DNA of 64,000 nt, taken from Gammaproteobacteria bacterium (lineage in GTDB: Bacteria > Pseudomonadota > Gammaproteobacteria > Eutrophobiales > Eutrophobiaceae). Where the stretch lies: positions 224,001 to 288,000 of the forward strand of contig CBDEUK010000002.1 of the NCBI GenBank assembly GCA_965243205.1. The letters run 5' to 3'. Below the pieces are notes generated by a model that had not been told where the DNA came from, made no database searches, and was given only the letters and a program-made list of their open reading frames with translations. A program made the position numbers and the translations under genes. Shown here piece by piece: positions 20,801 through 29,495 of this stretch; the stretch's first letter is position 1; every line of letters begins with the position of its first letter.

Positions 20801-21264
20801 ATTCCTGCAAGGATAGCGATGGTAGATGTTGCTTGAATAATACCATTACCCTGCGCCAGACGATCTTTTCCAACTAACTCTTTGATGTAGCCATATTTTG
20901 CAGGTGAATAAAATGCGCTTTGCAAGGCTAATGCAAAGGTCATGGCAAACGCTAACCAAAACCACCCAAGATAATAAAATAAGGTTATGCATAAGGTTAA
21001 AAAGACTGCTACCCAAGCCGCAATTCGCATCACAAAGTTTTTAGGGTATTTGTCTGCAAAATAACCGGCTGGGGATATGCTGAGTATAAAAGGCAATAAA
21101 ATCAATGCATTAACTATCGCCGTTAGCTCTATTTGCTCTTGTCCGTCATATATTTTGAATACTGTATTTTGAATAAGGATTTTATGTCCTAAGTCGACAA
21201 AAGCATTTAGAAATACGATACAGGTAAAAAAGAAAAACCCTTTGATTTTAAATAGATCATGCAT
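17818..21264 (-). CDS. aas: fused MFS / acyltransferase / acyl-ACP synthetase (Aas-like)
   Basis: N-terminal MFS helices; NHISWID and FPEG (PlsC); FSSGSEGEPKG and EGYGATE (AMP-binding). Confidence 0.88.
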   Translation of the reverse strand: MHDLFKIKGFFFFTCIVFLNAFVDLGHKILIQNTVFKIYDGQEQIELTAIVNALILLPFILSISPAGYFADKYPKNFVMRIAAWVAVFLTLCITLFYYLGWFWLAFAMTFALALQSAFYSPAKYGYIKELVGKDRLAQGNGIIQATSTIAILAGIFTFSILFEKIIFEEFFSNKHELLMLIAPLGWCLVAISILELLLAYRLPTTQNQDDSMNFDWDSYLKGTYLRKNLNTVSNREVIFLSIIGLAIFWSISQVMLAAFPAHAKDTMNIMNTVIIQGMMACAGIGIMLGSLIAGRVSKTHIETGLIPLGSIGIAVCLFILPNLDSEFGQALNFLLWGIMGGMLIIPLNALIQFHAGEDEIGSILAGNNFIQNCVMLSFLGLTVWFADIGINSYGLFAILLVVAILGTAYTVYKLPQSLIRFIFSFIIGSKYRLQVLGLKNMPESGGILMLGNHISWIDWAIIQMASPRPIRFVMIRNIYERWYLKWFLNIFNVIPISAGGSRTALANVTESLNNGEVVCLFPEGTISRTGQLAEFQKGYEKAAEEANAVILPFYLRGLWGSWFSRSSEKLKTIRSKGIKRDIIVAFGKTLPIDTTSEIVKQHVFDLSIDSWEHYTETLQSLPNAFIDSVKRNANELAVADSLSGPLTGNKLLIGVLLFAKLIKQRSAEQNVALLLPTSSIGTICNMAALICGKTIVNLNYTASIDALKSAINKAEIKSVYTSKKFIEKLEKKGIVLEGVLDSSNIYYVEDLKDQITSFNKVITLLAVYCLPASFIKYLYCNNIEINSPAAILFSSGSEGEPKGVMLSHKNIMSNLKQISDMLNTEDSDVVMASLPLFHAFGLTVTTFMPLIEGIPMICHPDPTDAVNVAKAIAKYRATIFCGTSTFLRLYTKNKRVHPLMLESLRIVVAGAEKLNPDVRDSFKLKFNKNIYEGYGATETTPVASVNVPDTLDVNYWHTQLGNKPGTVGMPLPGSSFRIIDPETLENLPTGEDGLILIGGTQVMLGYLKDTEKTEEVIAEIDGKRWYKTGDKGHLDEDGFLTIVDRYSRFAKLGGEMISLTTVEESIRSALEQPELELVAVNLPDDKKGEKIHLVISDALELSDLKKSMLEADCNPLMIPSELTVVEEIPKLGSGKVDFKGAKKLLRND

Positions 21265-21336
21265 GGTTTAAATATTCCTTATATAAAACAATAAGTTAAG
21301 TCGATTGAAGACATGTTTTAAATATTTCCAATAAAA

Positions 21337-21381
21337 TTGTTGCAATGCAAAACATGTTTGGCTATACTGCATTGCACAAAA
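21337..21381. promoter_or_regulatory. putative PhaR operator
   Basis: Two TGC-rich elements, TGTTGCAATGCAAAA and TGCATTGCACAAA, upstream of a phasin gene. Confidence 0.6.
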
Positions 21382-21427
21382 TATGTAAAACCAGTTTCAT
21401 TTTAAATAACTCTTTTGGAGAAAGATA

Positions 21428-21739
21428 ATGAATGTTGATTTTGAAAAATTCGCAGGACCAACAAAAGAATTCAGTAAATTGGCTGTAAAAAGTTTAGAAG
21501 ACATCGCTGAAATTCAAGTTAAAAACATCACAGAGTGCAGTAAATTAGGCTTAGAGTCTTTAAAGTCAGCGACTGAGATTACTAATCCTGAAGGTTTTAA
21601 GACCTACATGACAGAACAAGCTGCTCTAACAAAAACAATGGCCGAAGGTTTTGCTGCTGATATGAAAACCATCAGTGAAATCGGTCAAACTTATATGACT
21701 GAATATAAGAAAATTTTTGAAGGCAGTTTTAAAGTTTAA
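21428..21739 (+). CDS. phaP: phasin family protein
   Basis: 103-aa amphipathic helical protein with a phasin-like pattern; PhaR-type operator upstream. Confidence 0.75.
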   Translation: MNVDFEKFAGPTKEFSKLAVKSLEDIAEIQVKNITECSKLGLESLKSATEITNPEGFKTYMTEQAALTKTMAEGFAADMKTISEIGQTYMTEYKKIFEGSFKV

Positions 21740-21805
21740 TTTCCTCATCTAGAAAATAAAAGATTATATTTTTTCATTCGACTCTCCTCTGAATGTTAAA
21801 GCCTT

Positions 21806-21838
21806 AGCCGCTACTATGAGAATAGAGCGGCTTCTTTT
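21806..21838 (+). terminator. intrinsic terminator after the phasin gene
   Basis: AGCCGCT...AGCGGCT stem followed by TCTTTT. Confidence 0.65.
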
Positions 21839-21839
21839 A

Positions 21840-22379
21840 TTAGTCAGGATTAATTTTATTAATTTTTGAGCCTTCAAGAGTTAAATTAAACATTAGTCCT
21901 TTATTACTGATAATGAATCCCACAATGGGATCATCAAAATTCATTGAATTGATATCTTTGCCTGCACCTATTTCAACTAAAGCAACAGAGCCATCAACGC
22001 CAACTTCCCAGCCCTCACTATCTTGAAAATCTTTCAACGCTTTTTTATTCATAAAAACCAATATAACGGTTTTCATTTGAGCGCCGAGTTGAAAACCTAT
22101 TGAAGCGGCTATAGTGTTGTAATAGGCAATGGTTTTATTGCCAACTCTTAAAGAACCTTCACCGTATTCGCCACCAATGCCAACGCCTGCCTTTAATACC
22201 TCAGGGAATACTAGTACCCCGGCAGCATTGTTTAAAAAAGCACTGCCACCAATGACTTCTTTATTGAATAACTTAAGCGCGGCATCAGTTTTTATATTAA
22301 GTTCAGCAGCAGTAGCAGCTAAGGCGCTATTTGAAAAAGCAAAAGAAAGACACAATAACAATATGTTAAATATTTTCAT
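21840..22379 (-). CDS. exported YSC84/SYLF-domain protein
   Basis: Signal peptide; VLVFP.V.KAG.GIGGEYGEG and GLM.NLTLEGSKI motifs. Confidence 0.8.
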   Translation of the reverse strand: MKIFNILLLCLSFAFSNSALAATAAELNIKTDAALKLFNKEVIGGSAFLNNAAGVLVFPEVLKAGVGIGGEYGEGSLRVGNKTIAYYNTIAASIGFQLGAQMKTVILVFMNKKALKDFQDSEGWEVGVDGSVALVEIGAGKDINSMNFDDPIVGFIISNKGLMFNLTLEGSKINKINPD

Positions 22380-22471
22380 GGTTGATTACCTAGATTCTGA
22401 GTGAACTGTATAATATTGATATGGTATAGCAGATTAATCAAATAATAGTTAGTAGATTTGTGAACATCACA

Positions 22472-23245
22472 TCAGCTTTGTTTTCTTCTGAAAACAAGAT
22501 TTCTATCATCTGATTCAGATTTTGAAAATTTATAACCAGATTGCTTGAATTGTTTGATTTGTTCAATATCAGTGATTTTATTTTTAATAATATATGAACT
22601 CATCATGCCACGAGCTTTTTTTGCAAAAAAACTAATGATTTTATATTGGCCGTTTTTGTAATCTTTAAAAACAGGGGTAATAATTTCTGCTTTTAAATTT
22701 TCAGTTTGCACGGATTTAAAATATTCATTTGAAGCAAGGTTGATTAAATAATTGCTTTTCACTTTTTTTAAATCAGAATTAATTACCTTGGTAATTTTAT
22801 CATCCCAAAATTGATAGAGATCATTCCCACGTTTATTTTCTAAATGTGTTCCCATTTCAAGTCGGTAAGCTTGGATGAGATCCAAAGGACGTAAAATACC
22901 ATAAAGACCTGATAGTATTCTTAAATGTTGTTGGGCAAATGCAAAGTCAGACTCTGAAAAAGTTTCTGCTTCAAGCCCTGCATAAACGTCGCCTTTAAAA
23001 GCCAATAAAGCTTGTTTAGAATTGTTTTTAGTGAAAGGACGTTTCCAATCATTAAAACGAGTGAAATTTAATGCGCCTAATTTATCACTGATTTTCATCA
23101 ATGAAGAAATTTCATTAGGAGAATATTGCTTTAATTGTTTAATTAAAAGTGCAGAATCATCCAAAAGACTTGGTTGGCTATGTTTTTTTGTAATGGATTC
23201 AGTTTCGAAATCGAGTGTCTTAGCTGGAGATATAACAATTAACAT
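22472..23245 (-). CDS. yaaA: peroxide stress protein YaaA
   Basis: ISPAKTLD, LSGLYG.LRPLD, YRLEMG and AKKARG motifs. Confidence 0.92.
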   Translation of the reverse strand: MLIVISPAKTLDFETESITKKHSQPSLLDDSALLIKQLKQYSPNEISSLMKISDKLGALNFTRFNDWKRPFTKNNSKQALLAFKGDVYAGLEAETFSESDFAFAQQHLRILSGLYGILRPLDLIQAYRLEMGTHLENKRGNDLYQFWDDKITKVINSDLKKVKSNYLINLASNEYFKSVQTENLKAEIITPVFKDYKNGQYKIISFFAKKARGMMSSYIIKNKITDIEQIKQFKQSGYKFSKSESDDRNLVFRRKQS

Positions 23246-23327
23246 AATATTCTCTATAGAATGTAAAAAAGAAACTTAATTATATAAAATCTACTGTATA
23301 AAATTCTAGCTGGTTTAGTTAGAAATT

Positions 23328-24410
23328 TTACGTCTTAGCTGAAAAAAATTGACCTTTTTGTTTTTGGAACATAATAGTAAGAAATTTAATACCATAATGA
23401 TAATCAGTGGTATTTTTTTGTGAGTAACTGACTTCTCCAACAGCATTAAAGTTATCGGCATCGATTTTTAGTACTTGTCCGTTTTCTAGAGCATATTGAG
23501 AGCGAATTTTAATACCTGTAGGAGAAATGTCTAACATCTGGTGTCGATGTTGTTTGCCAGGCCAATTATAAAAAACATTAATCATGTTTTGATTTTGTTG
23601 GCGACTAAAGGTTCTGCGGTCTTGATTCATAAATTGCTCTGATGGTGGAAACAATGGGCTGTTACATTCAATACAATAAGGTGCATGATCAATAGAAGGA
23701 GTTTGGTTATGTGGTGTTTTACAAAAACTACAATACTGTGTTATTACAGGTTGATAACCATAAAGCGAAGAATTTAATCGGGAACGATTATTCGTTTTTA
23801 TTATTTTAGGTTTTGTATCATAATTTGAATTTGGTGGATGTTTTACAGTTTTTTTATAGGTGTTTTCTTGCTTGTTTTTTCTTATTTTTGCGATTAAAAG
23901 CTCTACCGCATATGCATGTTCATAGTCTTTTAAAAAACTATCATATAATGTTTTCTTTTTTTCATCACTTAATACTGAAAAAGCTTCTTCAATCAATTTT
24001 CTCGTTCTATTATTTTTTTCTTGTTTTAACAGAGCCTCATAACTAGATTGAATGATGGCTAATGGAGAATCGGTTTGTACGTGTAATAAGCGATAATAAT
24101 TTCTTTGATTAGTTGAGTTGTTATTGTTGTTTGAATGATTGTTTTTTTTATTTTCTGAATGCAAATGTCCGCGCGATAATTGTTTAATACAATACTGCTT
24201 TAATAAAGATTCATCGTATTTTTTTCGTTTAGTTGGATTTTTTAAAACATCATATGCCATGTTTATGATGCTCGCGTTCCATTCGTCACCACCTAGATCA
24301 GGATGCATTTTTAATTTTTGCATGATCGCACGATAATTTGATTTGATGATTTCGGAAGAGGCATCAGGTTGCACTTTTAGAATTCGATAATAGTTGCGGC
24401 GATTATTCAT
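23328..24410 (-). CDS. J domain + degenerate J domain + Zn ribbon + PilZ protein
   Basis: NYYRIL..HPD; second NYYRLL repeat without HPD; CSFC/CIEC; RRTFSR and DISPTG PilZ motifs. Confidence 0.75.
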   Translation of the reverse strand: MNNRRNYYRILKVQPDASSEIIKSNYRAIMQKLKMHPDLGGDEWNASIINMAYDVLKNPTKRKKYDESLLKQYCIKQLSRGHLHSENKKNNHSNNNNNSTNQRNYYRLLHVQTDSPLAIIQSSYEALLKQEKNNRTRKLIEEAFSVLSDEKKKTLYDSFLKDYEHAYAVELLIAKIRKNKQENTYKKTVKHPPNSNYDTKPKIIKTNNRSRLNSSLYGYQPVITQYCSFCKTPHNQTPSIDHAPYCIECNSPLFPPSEQFMNQDRRTFSRQQNQNMINVFYNWPGKQHRHQMLDISPTGIKIRSQYALENGQVLKIDADNFNAVGEVSYSQKNTTDYHYGIKFLTIMFQKQKGQFFSAKT

Positions 24411-24419
24411 GTTAATTCA

Positions 24420-25622
24420 TTAAGCTAGCTGTAATTCTTTTATTCTGTCCTTTGTTAAATAAGTAATAGCTTTGGTAACAGGTTGAGTAAAAAGACAAAC
24501 ATTGTTGATATCGTTTTCTATTGTTGTAGCTTGTATATTTTTAGAAATATTTTGTATTACTTCATTTTTTTGAATAAATCGTATTACTGCATCTTCACGA
24601 TTTAATCGAATGCCCGTTGCGGTTTTTTTGCATTCTGCTTCGATGAATTTTGCTTGACTGAAATTTGCACCAATTGCTCCAGCTTCAAATGCTGAATTCA
24701 ACACTGTTTCTAAATGTTTGCGGCCTATAATACACGTGAGCTGAGTTAGGTTTTCCAAACTAGGTCGTTTTTTGATTTTGCCATAGAGACTTAGTCCGGC
24801 ACTTTTTGTTGAGCCACTGTGTTGTACAACGTCTTGTTGGCGCCAATGGCCATTACCCATGATGTTGTCAATTGCATCAACAATTTGTTTCATGTTTGCA
24901 CCATAATGTCGATTTCCATAGGTACTGGCAATATTGATCAAACCTTTTTGAACTGGCATTCGATAAATATAACCACGGCCAGGCATATCTATACGGCCGG
25001 CTTCAACCATAGCTTCTATCACTAGATCCGCATCATTGTTATCGGCAATAATCGTTAAAACTTCTTTCTGTGATTTTCGAGTAATGCGTAACCATCCTAA
25101 TCGATCACGCAGCCCTCGACCCGAACAATAATGAATAACTGGACCATGAGCACCAGATTGTAAGGCGGCTCGAGATACTACTTCTGAAAGTTCTTCTTGG
25201 ACTATACAGGTAATAACACTTAGATTATCTCTAAGGTTGCCTTTGGTTGCTGGATCTTCACTTTCATGGCTTTCTAGTTTTTCCCATAAATGAAAGTCTT
25301 CAGTATGAATAATTTCTTCACAAGGAATCGAAAATACTGCTCCAGCACCTGGTAAATACAAATGACCGTTATTGATAATTTGTTCCATGATAAATTCAAC
25401 TTCTTTATCAGGAACTAAAAATTGTAAGAAATCTTTTTCAGGACTTAGAACTGGAAGTATTGAATGATACCAACTATCTCTGACTAAAGTGCCGCGAGCA
25501 TGGAGTAATAAAGTGTTTTGATCGCCTAATGAAAATACTGATTCGATACATGCGGTTGAGGTTTGCTTAGGCAAGATAGCATTAATAACTGAAATGTTTT
25601 TATGAGTTAAGAAGCGGTTCAT
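24420..25622 (-). CDS. protein with about three tandem PII-like domains
   Basis: Repeated PII-like units (PGAGAVFSIP; GAHGP..GRG..PGRGYIY; AFEAGAIGAN); ATGA overlap with the DUF1538 gene. Confidence 0.65.
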   Translation of the reverse strand: MNRFLTHKNISVINAILPKQTSTACIESVFSLGDQNTLLLHARGTLVRDSWYHSILPVLSPEKDFLQFLVPDKEVEFIMEQIINNGHLYLPGAGAVFSIPCEEIIHTEDFHLWEKLESHESEDPATKGNLRDNLSVITCIVQEELSEVVSRAALQSGAHGPVIHYCSGRGLRDRLGWLRITRKSQKEVLTIIADNNDADLVIEAMVEAGRIDMPGRGYIYRMPVQKGLINIASTYGNRHYGANMKQIVDAIDNIMGNGHWRQQDVVQHSGSTKSAGLSLYGKIKKRPSLENLTQLTCIIGRKHLETVLNSAFEAGAIGANFSQAKFIEAECKKTATGIRLNREDAVIRFIQKNEVIQNISKNIQATTIENDINNVCLFTQPVTKAITYLTKDRIKELQLA

Positions 25623-27511
25623 GTCAGTTCCTCTTCTTCTAATGCAATATCTAACGAGGCTTGTCTTCTTGCTTTAGAAACAATCAAGCCAACAGTCAAT
25701 ACCGTTATAATTGGTCCAACTGATGCTAATGCTAAAATTCCAAAGCCACCTATAACACCTTGGATATTATCTCCTATGCCTAAACCCATTGCTAATACAA
25801 GTGGAACAGTGATCGGTCCAGTTGTTACTCCAGCACTGTCCCAAGCGAAATTCACAAACTCTTCAGTTGAAAGCAAAGTGAGGACGATCAATATTAAGTA
25901 AGGAGGAATTAAGAAATATGCTAATGGCATTTTATGTGTCAGCATGTATACACCTAAAGCAATGCCTAAACCGACTCCAATTGCGACTGACTGCATCAAA
26001 AGTTTTTTACGAAATGAGCCAATGGTAATTTGTTCAACGGTTTTTCCGAGCGCATTTAATGCTGGTTCAGCTAACGTAGCACCATAACCTAGAAGAAAAC
26101 CAAATATAATAGCGATGAATTTACCAACAGCAGCGGATTCAAATAAAGGTTTGGCAAGCTCATTCATACCCCAAGGTGTAATGGGGGCGAATGTGCTTGG
26201 GACATTACTGCCTAATTGAGTACCCAATGGAGTAAGGCCTAATGAAATGCCTAGCATAAATAAGGTCATTCCAATTAACGAAAATATTAAACCGATTTTT
26301 AATTCGATACTGATTTTTAATTTATCAGGTAAGACTAAATACAAAGTTAAAAATAAAAATAAACATAAAGGAATAATAGCTCTTGCTGCACCTAGTAAAG
26401 CTGCTTGGATTTCATTGATAAAGCTTTTACCTGGGTCCCATTGCGTATCTTGAATGACACGGGTACGAATATCTGGGATCTTTTCAATTACTAAACGAGG
26501 GTTTTCTAAAACGATACGACCGTTTTCTAATTTTGCAGCTCCACCTTCAAATTTTAAAATATGATCTTTCGGAACAAAGCCTTGTTCAAGAAATTCTAAT
26601 AACTCTTCATTGGTAAAACTTTCTTTAGGTGATTCATTGGTGTGAATTTGTTTATTAGGAGTATTGTTCTCATGAAGAAGTGGTTTTTTATGATAATTCT
26701 CAGCGCCGAAATAATCTTTATTGGCGTAATGAAACAATCCAAGCAGCAATACAACTAAAATTGGCATTAAAGAAGCTAATGTAACAATCCCAAAACCAGC
26801 GTTGTTGCTATTATCATCTCCAACAATGCGACAAACGCCGATGCCTAGTGCAAGTACTAATGGAACAGTGACTGGGCCAGTCGTCACAGCACCACAATCC
26901 CAAGCTAATGCTAAAATAGGTTCTAGGATAGGATCACTATGCATATAAACTGATAGGCTAATGAGCATCAAAACAATTGGTAATAACATGGTTTTCAATG
27001 ACCAACCATAAAAGAAGCGAAGTATCCCCAACATCACAGCGATACCAACTCCAATTCCCACAGCAAATACTAATTGTTCTGAAAAGTCATTTAACATGCT
27101 ATAGAGCAGTGGAGCTTGATTAGGTCCAACGCCCATACCAGCTTTACGCAAAACACCAATTGCAGGTTCTGCGAAGGTGACACCGATGCCCAAAAAGAAA
27201 CTGAATAATAAAATAATACTTAATGAGGTATTTCGTGGCAAAACTGCTCCAATAGTTTCACCAAGTGGCATGAGTCCCAATCGCAGGCCTTCCATAAAAA
27301 ACATTAAGCCAATAATGACGATAAATAATCCAATTCCAATCATTGCAGCGTATACAATTGGTAAATTAAGAATGAGCAATTGGAATAGCATCAAATAGAG
27401 AATAATGAACCAGACATTACGAAACTGCTCTAAAAAGTTTTCCCTGACGTAAGGCATCAGGATTTTAAGTGTGTCGCTGAGGCCAAGTTTTAAATTGTAG
27501 TTAGACATCAA
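25619..27511 (-). CDS. integral membrane protein with two fused DUF1538 domains
   Basis: Duplicated T.AEPA and AWD.(G/A).VTTGP.TVPLVLA.G.G motifs. Confidence 0.85.
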   Translation of the reverse strand: MMSNYNLKLGLSDTLKILMPYVRENFLEQFRNVWFIILYLMLFQLLILNLPIVYAAMIGIGLFIVIIGLMFFMEGLRLGLMPLGETIGAVLPRNTSLSIILLFSFFLGIGVTFAEPAIGVLRKAGMGVGPNQAPLLYSMLNDFSEQLVFAVGIGVGIAVMLGILRFFYGWSLKTMLLPIVLMLISLSVYMHSDPILEPILALAWDCGAVTTGPVTVPLVLALGIGVCRIVGDDNSNNAGFGIVTLASLMPILVVLLLGLFHYANKDYFGAENYHKKPLLHENNTPNKQIHTNESPKESFTNEELLEFLEQGFVPKDHILKFEGGAAKLENGRIVLENPRLVIEKIPDIRTRVIQDTQWDPGKSFINEIQAALLGAARAIIPLCLFLFLTLYLVLPDKLKISIELKIGLIFSLIGMTLFMLGISLGLTPLGTQLGSNVPSTFAPITPWGMNELAKPLFESAAVGKFIAIIFGFLLGYGATLAEPALNALGKTVEQITIGSFRKKLLMQSVAIGVGLGIALGVYMLTHKMPLAYFLIPPYLILIVLTLLSTEEFVNFAWDSAGVTTGPITVPLVLAMGLGIGDNIQGVIGGFGILALASVGPIITVLTVGLIVSKARRQASLDIALEEEELT

Positions 27512-27573
27512 TTTAGGAATCGTTTTATTTAATTATTGAATTGATTAGCAATATTTAAGTCGTTATTATCTAT

Positions 27574-27600
27574 TTATCGTATTTTTCTCTAAATACTTGA
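27574..27600 (-). promoter_or_regulatory. possible sigma28 promoter of the DUF1538 operon
   Basis: Minus strand TCAA-N15-TACGATAA. Confidence 0.4.
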
Positions 27601-27665
27601 AAAAACTCAGTGTATTCATACTATGATACACAAATATTATTACCTAAACGTTATTTTCTATCCCT

Positions 27666-28607
27666 ATGAATGTTCAAAAAACACCCATTGTTGTCGCAGC
27701 CTTATATCAATTTTGTGAGTTAAAAGACTTCCATGAAATTCGTGAGCCGTTACTAGATTTTTGTATCGGCCAAAATTTAAAAGGGACATTATTACTTGCA
27801 GAAGAAGGTATAAATGGCACGGTGGCTGGATCACGACAGGGTATTACAGCTTTAAGAGAACATTTAGAACGAGAATTAGGGTTTGATAATTTAGAATATA
27901 AAGAGTCATTTTATAAGGAACCTCCATTTCATCGTATGAAAGTCAAACTCAAAAAGGAAATTGTCACATTAGGTATTCCTGATGTAAGCCCCCATAAATT
28001 TAGTGGAACTCGCGTTACAGGAAAAGAGTGGAATAAAGTGATTTCTGATCCCGAAACGGTAGTTATCGATACGCGGAATCAATATGAAGTCGATATAGGT
28101 AGTTTTCAAAATGCAGTTTCTCCAGAGACTGAAACGTTTCGAGAATTTCCAAAATACATAGAAGAAAACTTAGATCCTAAGCAACATAAAAAAGTCGCGA
28201 TGTTTTGTACTGGTGGTATACGTTGTGAAAAAGCATCAGCCTATATGCTGAGTCAAGGTTTTGAAGAGGTATATCAACTTGATGGCGGCATTCTAAAATA
28301 TCTTGAAGATGTGAATAAAACTAATGATGAAAATTTATGGGAAGGCGATTGCTTTGTTTTCGATTCAAGAGTAGCTGTAGATAAAAAATTAAACAAAGGA
28401 AAATACGATCAATGCTTTGCTTGCAGAAGACCTATCACTGAAGAAGATATGTTATCACCAAAATATGAACAAGGTGTTTCCTGTCCAAATTGTTATGATA
28501 AAACTGATGAACAACAACGTAGTCGTTTTGCTGAGCGACAAAAGCAAGTTGAACTGGCTGAAAAACGTGGCACTTTTCATATAGGGATGAAACAAATAAA
28601 GGTATAA
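27666..28607 (+). CDS. trhO: tRNA U34 hydroxylase, rhodanese family (YceA/TrhO)
   Basis: [23 protein letters not shown] and GGILKY motifs. Confidence 0.9.
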   Translation: MNVQKTPIVVAALYQFCELKDFHEIREPLLDFCIGQNLKGTLLLAEEGINGTVAGSRQGITALREHLERELGFDNLEYKESFYKEPPFHRMKVKLKKEIVTLGIPDVSPHKFSGTRVTGKEWNKVISDPETVVIDTRNQYEVDIGSFQNAVSPETETFREFPKYIEENLDPKQHKKVAMFCTGGIRCEKASAYMLSQGFEEVYQLDGGILKYLEDVNKTNDENLWEGDCFVFDSRVAVDKKLNKGKYDQCFACRRPITEEDMLSPKYEQGVSCPNCYDKTDEQQRSRFAERQKQVELAEKRGTFHIGMKQIKV

Positions 28608-28610
28608 CTG

Positions 28611-29435
28611 TTATGCACTCAGTGCATATTCTGTATTTGAACGATTTATTTTACGTCGATCTTTAACCAGCTGTTCTGGTTTACCATCTTTAAATACATA
28701 AAAATCGCCTTTTTCCATTTGTTGCCAATCTTCATTTTCGGTTAATGGATTTGAAGCAACAATGCTAATCACATCCGTTTTGTCGAGATATTGTTCTAAA
28801 TTAACTTTAGTATCTGTATCAATGTAATGAGCAAATTGAAAAGGATACTCTCGAGTTAGAAAACATAATTTTTTACCACAAAATGCATACAGATATTTGG
28901 CATCACTCAGTAAAAAACTAAACACACCATGTTGCATAATGTCTTTAGAAAGATTCTCTATGAAATACCAGATTTTTTTAGGATTGCTGGGGCGTTCAGG
29001 AAATTCTTGGCGTATGCAATCTAATAAATAGCAGAAGGCATATTCGCTATCGGTTGTGCCAACTGGTTTATAAAATTCTAATGGCTTCTTTTTGATGCCT
29101 TTGAGTTGTCCATTATGGGCAAATACCCAATCGTGTCCGTATAACTCTCGAATAAAGGGGTGTGTGTTTTCTATACAAACTTTGCCACGATTTGCTTTAC
29201 GTATATGGCTGATTATGAGATGACTTTTCATTGGGTATTCTTCAACGAATTTAGCAACTTCAGAATCAACGCAAGGTTTCCAATCACGATAAGTTCTGGC
29301 AGCTTTACCAGAATATGCACCAATACCCCAACCATCGGTATGGTTGCCGGTATTACCTCCACGTTGTTTTAAAACCGCGAAACTAAAACGGATATCTGCA
29401 GGTGTATTGGCGTTCAGCCCTAATAACTCACACAT
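28611..29435 (-). CDS. yafJ: class II glutamine amidotransferase (YafJ-like)
   Basis: MCELLG N-terminal nucleophile; DGWG, NTHPF, FAHNG and GTTDSE motifs. Confidence 0.85.
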   Translation of the reverse strand: MCELLGLNANTPADIRFSFAVLKQRGGNTGNHTDGWGIGAYSGKAARTYRDWKPCVDSEVAKFVEEYPMKSHLIISHIRKANRGKVCIENTHPFIRELYGHDWVFAHNGQLKGIKKKPLEFYKPVGTTDSEYAFCYLLDCIRQEFPERPSNPKKIWYFIENLSKDIMQHGVFSFLLSDAKYLYAFCGKKLCFLTREYPFQFAHYIDTDTKVNLEQYLDKTDVISIVASNPLTENEDWQQMEKGDFYVFKDGKPEQLVKDRRKINRSNTEYALSA

Positions 29436-29468
29436 GAATTCATCGATAATAATTATTGTAATAATTAT

Positions 29469-29495
29469 ATATCGGACGAATTCTAAAAAGGTTTA
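29469..29495 (-). promoter_or_regulatory. possible sigma28 promoter of the yafJ-like gene
   Basis: Minus strand TAAA-N15-TCCGATAT. Confidence 0.45.
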
